Source: Bugula neritina
Taxonomy: Eukaryota > Animalia > Bryozoa
Reading direction: 5' to 3'
Length of the DNA stretch: 64,000 nt
Assembly: GCA_964035545.1 (NCBI GenBank)
Contig: OZ037769.1
Location: 11,562,633-11,626,632 of the forward strand
Within the stretch, counting starts at the first letter, position 1; every line of letters starts with the position of its first letter. This document shows positions 50,101 to 62,100 of the stretch, piece after piece. A program made the position numbers and the translations under genes. Under the pieces are notes generated by a model. The model did not search any database, was not told the DNA's origin, and worked only from the letters and a program-made list of their open reading frames with translations.

Positions 50101-53100
50101 TAGAAAGTATTATATATCTGCCTGCTATTTTACAGCTTATCTAAGTTGAAAACTATTGAGAAACAGAATGTGTCAAGGAACTTTCTGTCTGATTATCTAC
50201 CAGATGACATGTTCAATTCTTTACAGTTACTGAAAGAGTTGCATGTCATTGGCTGTAGTCTCAGAACTCTACCAACGAGGTATGTACTGTATATATAATA
50301 AATTATAGTAGAATGATACTGTATGCTGTCCTAAGTGACTCATTATGTAAATTGCTTGCATGTTATAATATAAGACTGCATTAATAGCAGATTATACAGT
50401 GTAATGAATGTATTGTAACACTAAAATGAATTATATACATGTCTGTTATATTACAGCATATCTCAACTGAGAAATCTTGAGATACTGAATGTGTCAGGGA
50501 ATAGCTTGTCTGGTAATCTACCAGATGATATGTTCGAGTCTTTACAATCACTGAAGGAGTTGAATATCAGCGGCTGCACACTCACCACTCTACCAAAAAG
50601 GTGTGTGCTGTATATATAATTATTCTATGTTGACAGAGTAACAACTCTCAACAGAGTCCTACATTGGCTGAATTTCTCTCCATCTAAAACCAGAATTATA
50701 TTATGTTTTGCATTTAATGATTTGCTCTGTCTAACATGATAAGAACCAACTCTCATTGTATGCTATTCTCAGCTTCTGCAACACTGAGCTGCCATGAAAG
50801 TTTAAACTTTGAACTTTCATATTACTAGTTTTTACATAACTGAACAGTTATTAGAATTTCTGCTCTATGGAACTCTGTGGTGGCTCGTGGAGCTACCAGC
50901 AGCGTAATACGGGGAAATATGATTTCCCCTACTATACAGCACGGGGTCACGTAATTGACCCGGAACAATGGACAGCCAATTAGCGACACTGATAGCTAGT
51001 AGCAGTAGTTAGTTTTCCTGCGTTAGTTAGTCGAAGATAGAGTATTGAATTGTGTAGACGTATAGATTAATTGAATGTATTTGTATAGTTTTTGTGATGT
51101 ATTCTTGTGTGTAAAATATACTCGTATTAACTCGACTTATCCTGGTGAAGTTCTCTAGCACATAAATAGACTTTCTTGATTGCACATCAACCCAAAACTG
51201 AAAAACATAACAACTCTTCAGCTATGATGAACCAGTAGACTAGAGGAATATGTTTTTTTAATTTGAATGTATAACAGTGCTGAGTTTGCATATGCCTTGT
51301 TTTAAATATTTCATAAATTATTTTAGCTTTGCATATACAATGTTTTATCCCAGGATATAATGTATATTGTTAATTATCATTGTTATTATTAATGTTTTTT
51401 TCCAAGTAACTTGTTTTGTTTGCAGTATAAAGTATAATGTAACAAATTTTATCGTGCAATCTCATTATATTTAATATGTACAGCATAATCATCTTACAAC
51501 AATAGAAATATTATATACAAGTCCATTATATTACAGCGTATTGGAGCTAACAAATCTTCAGATACGGAATGTGTCAGGGAATTTTCTGTCTGATAATCTA
51601 CCAGATGATATGTTCGAATCTTTACAATCCTTGAAGGAGTTGAATATCAGTATCTCAACTGAGAAATCTTGAGATGCTGAATGTGTCAAGGAATCGGTTG
51701 TCTAATAATCTACCAGATGACATATTCACATCTTTACAATCACTGAAGAAGTTGGATATCAGTGATTGCTGTCTCAGAACTCTACCAAAAAGGTGTGTAC
51801 TGTATATATAATTATTCTATGTTGACAGAGTAACAACTCTCAACAGAGTCCTACCTTGGCTGAATTTCTCTCCATCTAAAACCAGAATTATACTATGTTT
51901 TGCATTTAATGCTTTGCTCTGTGTAACATGATAAGAACCAACTCTCACTGTATGCTATTCTCAGCTTCTGCAACACTGAGCTGCCTTGAGGGTTTAAACT
52001 TTGAACTTTCATATTACTAGTTTCTAGATAACTGAACAGTTATTAGAATATCTGCTCTATGGAACTCTTCAGCTATGATGAACCAGTAGACTAGAGGGAT
52101 ATGTTTTTTAATTTGAATGTATAACAGTGCTGAGTTTGCATATGCCTTGTTTTAAATATTTCATAAATTATTTTAGCTTTGCATATACAATGTTTTATCC
52201 CAGGATATAATGTATATAGTTAATTATCATTGTTATTATTAATGTTTTTTTCCAAGTAACTTGTTTTGTTTGCAGTATATAGTACTGTATAATGTAACAA
52301 ATTTTATCTTGCAATCTAATTATATTTAATATGCACAGAATAATCATCTTACAACAATAGAAAGAATTATATACAAGTCCATTATATTACAGCATATTGG
52401 AGTTAACAAATCTTCAGATACGGAATGTGTCAGGGAATTTTCTGTCTGATAATCTACCAGATGATATATTCGCACCTTTACAATCACTGAAGGAGTTGAA
52501 TATCAGTGACTGCCGACTCAGAACTCTACCAACGAGGTATGTACTGTATTTCTAATAATTATAGTAGAATGAGACTGTCCTAAGTATTCAAAGGAAAATC
52601 TATTTCATTATGTAAATTTTCTGCATGTTCTAATCTAAAACTGCATTAATAACATATTTTACAGTGTAATGAATGTATTGTAACATTAAAAAGAATTATA
52701 TACATGTCTGTTATATTACAGCATATCTCAACTGAGAAATCTTGAGATACTGAATATGCCAGAGAATTATCTGTCTGGTAATCTACCTGATGATATGTTC
52801 ACATCTTTACAATTACTGAAGGAGTTGAATATCAGTGACTGTAGTCTCGGAACTCTACCAAGGAGGTGTGTACTGTATATATTCAAAACATAAATTTGTA
52901 GTAGAATGAGGCTGCATAATGTCATAGAAATTCACTTTTCTGCCTCTTAATTTATAGCTATAAATTTTCATCACCTCTACTTATGCATATTAATTGCATT
53001 TAAAAAAGAGATAAGAAATATTTGTAAATGTAACGCATCCAGAGAGTACTAGACTGGTTTTCGTATCTGTAAATGTTTTCTAAAGGATTTTCATACCTAT

Positions 53101-56100
53101 TCAAAGTAAAGCGTAGTGTCTGCATATATAACTGCCCTACACTAGTAGTACATATATGAATAGCAGTAAAAGGTTTAATGTACAGGCAGCAGTGGGTATT
53201 TTCATGCTTAGAACTTTTTTTTTAAAACAATGAAACTGTAGTCAAACTACTTTATTCTGGCAACTTTTTACAATGAATCATATTCTATTGAAATTTAATC
53301 AGGATGACTTTAAATAGAAAAAGCATTTTGAGTTGAATTTTGATTATTCCAGACCTATATTAATCTTAAAGTAGTTGCAAGAATACTGTACTAGCTGATG
53401 ATAGAATTAGTGGTCTAATAGACGGTTTTCGCATACCTCTCTAGGGGCTTTTATAGTTTGAAGTTGTCTCCTCCCACCCGGTACATGGGGGAGTCTCCAT
53501 GATATATAGAGAGTCATAAAATCAGGAGAAATTTAAGGTTTGTGTGAAGACTATTGCTAGCATAAGTTTCTTTTCTGAGATAAATATTTTGGTCTAAGCA
53601 TACGTAGCAGTTCCAAAAAAGTTTAAATTTTTTTTCTTGACAAATCTTAGAAAAATGAACTTCAAAGCATGTTTGTAGTTTTGGTTACTGAGCTAGCTAA
53701 ATCTGTAACTATGATATAAGTTCCATTAATCATTTGTTATGCTGGCTGTCATGTTCAATTTATAGCTGTTGACCTTTCAACTCTTCGGTTAGGTTCTGCT
53801 GTTAACAAAATTTTAGAGCACTGCTAGTGACTGAGACAGCAGATTAGCTGTGTTAGCATTTTCAATTGGTGACTAGTCAATATTCCGAAGGCCCATTAGT
53901 CCGAAGGCCCATTAGTCCGAAGGCCCATTAGTCCGAAGGCCCATTAGTCCGAAGGTCCATTAGTCCGAAGGTCCATTAGTCCGAAGGTCCATTAGTCTGA
54001 AAATTAGTAGACACATGATAGTAAAGAGCATCCTCACTGAGAATATCATTGATTTCACTCACAATCTAGTTTAAGTTCTTGCTCTGTTAATGCTGTATGT
54101 GGGTGGCATGCGTGTTGCCTGCTTGCGATTGTTTAGCCTGAGATTACACTATGACTAGAAAACAGCTGCCACAATTAGGGCTGCATCGTTTATCAACATT
54201 CCATTATGGCTGCTTTATAAACAAAGTACACAGCAAGCTATTCACTAGCCTGTCAGCTAGCAAGCCTGTAATTAGTATGTACACATCAGTATCTTCTCAT
54301 CTCTAAGTGTTCACTGAAGCATGAAGTGCTGCGAAATGATGATAACTTAGGAAAAAAATTTACTGGCATTTAATTAGTATTACTTATTTTACAGCTAGTG
54401 TAAAAATGACAGGGGACTGCAATTCTATTCTAGCTACAGTCAGTCAGCTACACACCATAATATACCAAACCAAACAAATCCGCAAGATATGTAGATAAGG
54501 GCAACCTTCTAGCTGTAACTGCCTGGCTGGGGCCACACTATTGGTATATAAGAATTCAGTCCAGCCAAATAAAACCTCCCCTAATTGTGCTATAGAATCG
54601 AAATTTAAAAACCATGTTGTAGATCTTTCTGTTCCTCAAAGCAACTTTTTTGAAATTTCCAATAGCTTTTATAGATTTTCTATAAAATATAAAAATATAA
54701 ATATAAAAAATAAAATTTTCGGACTAATGGACCTTCGGACTAATGGACCTTCGGACTAATGGGCCTTCGGACTAATGGGCCTTCGGACTAATGGGCCTTC
54801 GGACTAATGGGGCTTCGGAATATTGCTCCATCCCCTTTTCAATTGAGTATATACTTACGCCTTTATGCTATAAGAATAGCTAAACTACCGAAAAATGAAA
54901 TGTGGATTGATACATGCTATCAAATTTTATAGCAGGCTAAATGCATCTATTGCAATTGTGACAATTATGCTCAAATAAATATATCTATAGATAAACCCAA
55001 ATAGTCTTTTACCTGTTGGCATTCAGGCTTTTGTGTTACAGTTTTGTTATTTCTTAATATTATGCCTGTGGCTTGTAGCATTTAGGAGCAGTAGTGGAGA
55101 AGTTGAAGTAGCCCAAGTTCTTTGAATTACTTTAAAAATGTTGGTGTTGCGAATAACATAACTTCTTTTACTGCATTTCTAATCTAGAACACAGGCTATT
55201 CTCAATTTCTCCATTACTGCACCTATTGCCCATAACACACTACAGTCGAAACGCGACTGTGGCGGCCATTTTGGAGCTGCTTGCGCATGCCTTCAACGTC
55301 ACGTCCTACTTTTTACTGATCACACTACAGTTCACTACGAACGATGAAAGCTAACTGTCTCTAGTCTCGCAGTAAACTTTTAAACCAATAGGAATGCCAT
55401 AAACCAGTTTCTGCAGTATCCACAGTAACCAACAATTAATCTTGGCGCAATTTTTTGAGATTTACTAGCATAATTTAATAAGATTTTCTAGTTATTTTTA
55501 TTCTAATTTACTAGCTTCAATTATTCAAAATTACTAGCTTTATTTAATGATATTACTTAGCTTTATTCAAGCTCATTCACTAGCCTAAAGAACTAAATAA
55601 TTATAGTACGCTAATAAAATTCAACCAAATTAGAAAAACTAAATATGCAGATAAAATTTAGCAAAATTTATCTAATGAATACTTATTTTCATGATTTATT
55701 GAAACTTTCATACATAACTTCATCATAATTATTTTAAAAGTAAATTAATATAATTTTCGAAGAACCAAATCAAATAATAATGCTCGCTAGTAGCACGTGG
55801 AAAAAGTAAAAGCACTTAACCAATCAGGGTTTACCTGGCCAGTCAGTGATTGGCTGATCGCTCAACTTCAGCGATGACAGTTGAACATGTTGAACTTTCA
55901 TCGCATCGCGAAAAACTGACAGTTGCGTTCAGTTGTGACGTCACAGAGGTCAACGCTTAGCCTCGAAAACGCGTTCAAGATGGCCGTTTTGACTGTAGTG
56001 TGGCAGCCCCATTAATCTTGTGTGTAGTAGTCATATCCGCTGGCTGCAGTAGACTCAAGGTCCTAGTTAATGTAGATGGTAGGTTAGTTATATAATTAAA

Positions 56101-59100
56101 TAAAAAAAAGGCTAAGCTAAGCCAACTACTACCGGACCTGAAAACCCAAGTTTTCCAACCCATCGAATTGCAGTATAAACTGAATTATCTGAAAACCGCT
56201 TCAGAAAGAAATTCTGGTTTAAAGTATTAGGCAGATTCTGATAAGTGAAGCAGTGAAATAATGCTGATAAAATTGAGTTATTAACTTTTTGCTTGGGTTT
56301 ACAGTGAAACTATTTATTGTTATAGCTTCTCAACTTCTCATACTCTAAATATCTACATCAGCTAATCTTATTGAAACTTAGCTGTAGTTTTACAGCTGGC
56401 TTGGCTGATTCTGGGTCACAAAATCTTATTGTAAACTTTATATTACACAAGAACTTTGTCTAGTAGTTCAGGCTACTTTATTATAACTGTAAACTATCTA
56501 ATGATATTATAGCTTGTCCAGGAGAGTACTGCCATATAAAACTATGACAGTGGTATATGTATGTTGATAAATTATGGAACTATTATAAATAAGCATAAAC
56601 ATAACAAGTGATTCACTAGCATAAGGAAAGGCAGCATAAAATTGTAATTAATTATGAATCAACAGCTGACATCACAAGAGTAAATATGAACATGTTTAAT
56701 TATTAGCAAATGCACAGTTATAATGCTTTTCTTTAATTTGAGCCTCACATTCGGATGACATAAAATTTTAGAGCTTGGCTATAAGTCAAGACAGCACCAA
56801 TTAGAATATTACAGCTCTTATCTTGAAATAGGCATAAGCGAGGATAAGTTAGCATCAAGTATAACATTTCAATTAAAACTTTCAAATAAAACTATTAGAC
56901 CTGTTGTAAAATATGTAATAAAGATATAGGGCAGACAAAATATTTCAAGATGACGTTGAATGAAAAGATGTCTGCCTAAATATAAAATATTTTAACTAAA
57001 TTTTTGCATAAACTGATCTCTGCTTCTCTTAGTAATATTTTTCTTTTAAAGAAGTTTTAGCCATAACATGAAACTATCTAAAACATTCACAGTTCCTTGA
57101 ACATAATGTAGCACAAGCTCTTAAAAGTATAATCAAGTGTACATGCTATAGCCTATAACACAGCTAGGCTGCTGCACAGGCATGTGAGTAATTACAATAT
57201 GTAACTAGGAGTGAAACAGGACCACTGCAGAATTGAAAGGTCAATTCAGTTATAAATTGCATGGTAATAACAGATAAGACAACAAATGATTATTGGGGCT
57301 TAATCATAGTTGCCATTTCAGCGTTGCCTAGCAACGAAAACCACAAAATCCGTGGAGGACACAACTCTTAATTGTAGGGGAGATCTCGATGACATTGGAA
57401 AAGGGTCTTATTATTCGATATTTGTATATCAATTCAAAGTTTTAACATAAATTTGATGTTTTACATGGTCTGTGACTTGCTGCAATCTGCTTTCTAAACT
57501 TTAGCTTACAGTCATTTTATTTTAGTATACAGAACCTCCAGGCTTTACAAAAACTAGACATATCAAGCAATATATTCAGCAACATTCCACCTTTTGTGTA
57601 CACATTGAGTAGTCTGCAAGAGCTGAATATATCCTACAATGAGCTTCTGAAGTCTCTACACCCTGAGATACTACAGCTGACTCACCTTCATGCACTGAAG
57701 ACAGATGGTTGTGATGCTCTCGCAACTCCTCCACTAGAAGTGTGCAGAGGAGGATTAGATGCTGTGAGGCAATATTACAAGGATTTAGCTCAAGGCTCCG
57801 GAAAGAATATCCCATTCGCTACAGTTGCTATGCTTGGTAATACAATGGCAGGAAAGACAAGTTTAGTTAGAACATTGCAAAGCCGTGAGAGAAGAAGAAT
57901 TTTGACTTACAGAAGCCCGGAAGCTGCCGTAGATGAGACGACAAAAGTCTTCAATGTTCAAGAAGTTGAAGTAGATGGCACAGTGCTGCGTGTCCTTGAC
58001 ATGGGGGGACAGGAAGTGTATCACGCAACATATCAACTCACTTTGAGACAAAACTGTATACCAGTTGTTGTAGTCAATATGGAAGAATATGAAAGCCTTT
58101 CTACAAAGTTTTCCAGTAGAGAAGCTGTGAGAAGATTAGCCTTTGACTACATGTCTCACCTCTATCTGGCCAATCCAGCTCTTGGTGCACCTAAGCTCGT
58201 CTTGACTCATAGAGACAAATTTCCGGGCACCAAATTTCTAGAGCTAAAATCGTCGTTTCTCAACTTGGTGAATCAAATAAGTGCTGAGATTGTTAAAGAA
58301 GAGAAAGAGGTTGGTGGTGCGTTTTGTCGAATTGAACATTTCAAGAAATCAGCAGGTGGAATCTTCATTGATGATGACATTTATGAAGTCGGAATTGATG
58401 ATGAATATGAAGTGTTCGACCAGATCAAGAAATCTCTTTTTCAAAGCAGTCAAACTTTTGTCAAGCCTCTGCCTTTGGTTTGGGAAGAAGTGAATGAGAA
58501 GGTTCTGCTTTTAGAATCTGGCTACAACTCATTCTGGTTTGTTCTGGCTATGCTAAGACAGCAAAACCTTCAACTTGAATCTGGTCAGCTGGGCATCATT
58601 CTTACTTACATGCACGATTGTGGTAAGATTCTGTGGTACAAAAATCTGGATACCCTGAAGCCTTACATCTTCCACAAGATATCAGAAGTTACCAAACTTT
58701 TAACAGTTCTGTATCATCATGATCCCAGTGTGTGGAACAGCCGACATGATCAGTTCCTGCCATTTCTTTCTGGTCATAAAACCTTTGAGATACAAGATTT
58801 TGAAGCAGCCGTAAGTCAATTCACTGAAACCAGTATTTTAACACAGAATATCTTAAGCTATTTAATAAAAACTCAGACCGAATTTAGGAACCACAATGAT
58901 GTAGAAGTTGCTATTTGCCTTCTCAAGACTTTCCGCCTGCTACACGGTCCGTTGCATCATCAATCTGGTGATGATTCCACCGAATTGTGTTTCATTGCAC
59001 CGCAATTTGCTAGAGAATACTTGAATATTGAGTACCAGTCACCAAAACGCATGCGCCTCCATGTTGGCATACTGTTCAATGGCCTAGCGTTACCACACTA

Positions 59101-62100
59101 TGTTTACCATCAGATGACGGTTGGTTTACTAGAGCGGTTTCCTGATGAACTTGCTGATGTCAAAGTCAAGAGAAACGGGGTTGATGTGTATCAAGATGAA
59201 ATATACACGAGGCTGATACACGACTACAAGTCAAGAAAAGTGCTTTTATTTGTCTCATCAGACGCAGAAAACATCATCAGAATGTGGCAGATATTGATTA
59301 CGTCTACTAACAGCATCCTCAGGCATGTTTTAGAAACATGGCCCGCATGCAGACCAGTCCCAACAGTTCACTGTGGTCACTGCTTGTTGCTAGGCAACCC
59401 TCATCCTATAAAGAAAACATCACCTCAGTGGTGTCTTCGCTCTGTAAACTCGGCTGTTCCTCATGTCAAATCATATAAAGGATCCTCAACAATCAAGTGT
59501 CAAGGAGAAGTAATCCCTGCTGCTTTACTCTATCCATGTATGTTGATTTCAGTTAATTAATTAACTTGTTTATTTATTATGAATACATAAATAAGTTCTG
59601 GGCTATGATGCTGATTTACTAACATTTAGACATCGTGGTTGTATATGATATATATTTTGCACTCTGAGATATACTTTATATAATATAAATGTGTAAAGGA
59701 TCTCATTGAATCCTATATAATGCAGCTCATAAAGCTCTTTCTCTTTCCTCTATTGATAAGTCTTGTATGCACATGAATATTTTCATGCAAAATATATTCA
59801 CTCAAACAGTAATTGCTGCCTAAAAATCTGTAAGTTATTGAATATTGCATAAACAAGTTTTCAAATAGTTTGCCTTATTGCATAGCAAAGCCTTATTCCA
59901 TGTTATCCAATGAATATTCCTCTTTACCACCTCTCTTTAATCACAATCTGAAGAATATTTGCTATATTTTGTTGTTAAACCATCTTATCAAATTACAGGT
60001 GAGACTCTGTCAGAAGCAGATTCTGAGAAGTTTAAAAGTGCTGTCAGTGAATTGATTGCCAGAGAAGAGAGAAATCAACCAGATACTTCAGGTAGAGAAA
60101 TGCATATTATTATATATGTGGCTGAGCCACTAAATCTAACTCTTGGTAAAAATGAAGATGTGTGATTTCTAGATGTTACAGTGCCTTTAGTTTGGTTACC
60201 TTTGCAGTTCCATTGTATGCTAGACTACAACTTTATAGAGTAACACTTTTCAAAGTAATCTTTTGAATCTAGAATCCATAGCAGTACCTTTGTAGGCTGT
60301 TCAGTTTTGCTTTCTTGTTTGAATCAATCATACTTTGTATAGAATCTAAATTTCAAGACATTAACTCTGTTGCACTAAAAACTGGTACATGGTTTTGTGT
60401 TTTCCAGTTGAAGATAACGACCTATCAGATCTGAGAACTGAGGAGGTTACAGCCAATGATGATCTGAGTGATCTCTCCGATGAAGACGAGTATTTGTACC
60501 CTGATAAAGAGAAAGGTGTGCAAATGAGGTTGATAAGACCCAAGCTGGAAACGACTACAAACTTGAAAATCAAGCAACTTTTTTCTAACACTGATAAGGT
60601 AATATTTCGTATAATCTAATATAGTATTTAAAGGCACACAGGTGAAGCACATATGTAAAATCTTTCTATGCAAACAAGCCATTATTTCCAATTTATAACT
60701 GCAGGTATACAGTATGACACGCAAAAGAGGAAGAGCTCTGATAATAAACAACAAGAACTTTGATAAGAGACCAGATCTGTGTAGGGCAGGTTCAGATGTT
60801 GATGTTGAGAATATGTCTGTAACGTTGAAGGACTTCAAATTTGAAGTTGTGACTCACACAGATCTGAAAACAGAGGTAGGTATGGTGTGACAAGACAGTT
60901 TCTACTGAATATAAGCTTATGGTTTGTGTATTGTCATATCGTAAAGCTTGCTGACTCAGCATTTACCAACACATATGCAACGGCAGTTTCTGTAGGAAGT
61001 GCGTTTCTACTAAACTAAGTCGAGGCATCTATTAGAATAAAAACATTATTCAGCTAATTCATAACACAAATTTTCCAGGCTATTCTGTCTACCATTAAAC
61101 ATGAAGTACAACGTAAGGAACATGAAGATTTGGGATGTCATGTGTTGGTTATCATGACTCATGGGGGTGTGGGTGGTTTCATTTATGGAGTAGATATGAA
61201 GAAAGTGAGCCTCACTCATGTGTATGACCTGTTGACCCCACTGAACTTTCCTGGAATGTCTGGGAAACCAAAGATTATCATTCTGGAAACTTGCAGTGGA
61301 AGTGTTTCTACAGTTAGTAGAAAGTGCTTTGGGAAGGATTGAAAGTAATTTTCAGATTACTCAAAGCTTAATCTGCTATCAATTTAGTTTATTGTATAAT
61401 TGTCATTTGGTAATGGATGAGCAATTTCTTGTTTTATTAAAATTGAGACTGACAGCTTGGTTGGATTTTCTTGTTTAAACAATTATTAGTTCGGCCATAA
61501 CGAATATATAGATTCTAAACTTGTATAAAATGATATCACAGCTAGGATAGATGTTGGGAACAGAGGCATAGACTCAGCACCCAATGTTGGACAAGCTCAG
61601 ATAGAGCATGCTGAAATCGTCTCACCCTCCCCTACCAGAACCCAAACCGTTGAGAATACCGAGTGTAAGAATAAGAAGAGCTCTGGTGATTTGTTAGTAG
61701 CTGAATCTTCCATTGAGTGTGAGTAGCACAGCTATGCTTTCTTGATAAACCCTCATAATTAATAATAGTCCTACATTTCTCATGCATTAGGAGTGTTCAC
61801 TATCTTATTATGTTACTTTGTTTACCATTAAGACAATTTTGGCTTGATCATTTCACAATAAAGTAAATAGTTTGCATTCAGTGGTGGCCTACACTCACAT
61901 GGCAGTATCTATAAACATAACCAGTTTATTTCACAGCTGGGATAGATGCTGGTGATAAAGACATAGGCCAAGAACCTGGTGCTGGACCAGCTCCGAGAAA
62001 GGATGCTGGAATAGTGTCACCTTCTCTTGCGGAAAAACAAGAGAACGGGAATTTTGAGTCTAAGATTAAGAAAAGCTCTGATGATTTGCTAATAGCTGAA

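Noticed and set aside
53885-54824. Regular 16-bp repeat arrays resembling CRISPR or iterons
   Set aside because: No spacers, the arrays are inverted at the two ends of one element with a 9-bp TSD, and the context is eukaryotic. They are transposon subterminal repeats.
55236-56002. Possible CACTA-type MITE (CACACTACAGTC ... GACTGTAGTGTG)
   Set aside because: Inverted ends are visible but no target duplication could be confirmed, so it was left within the composite insertion.
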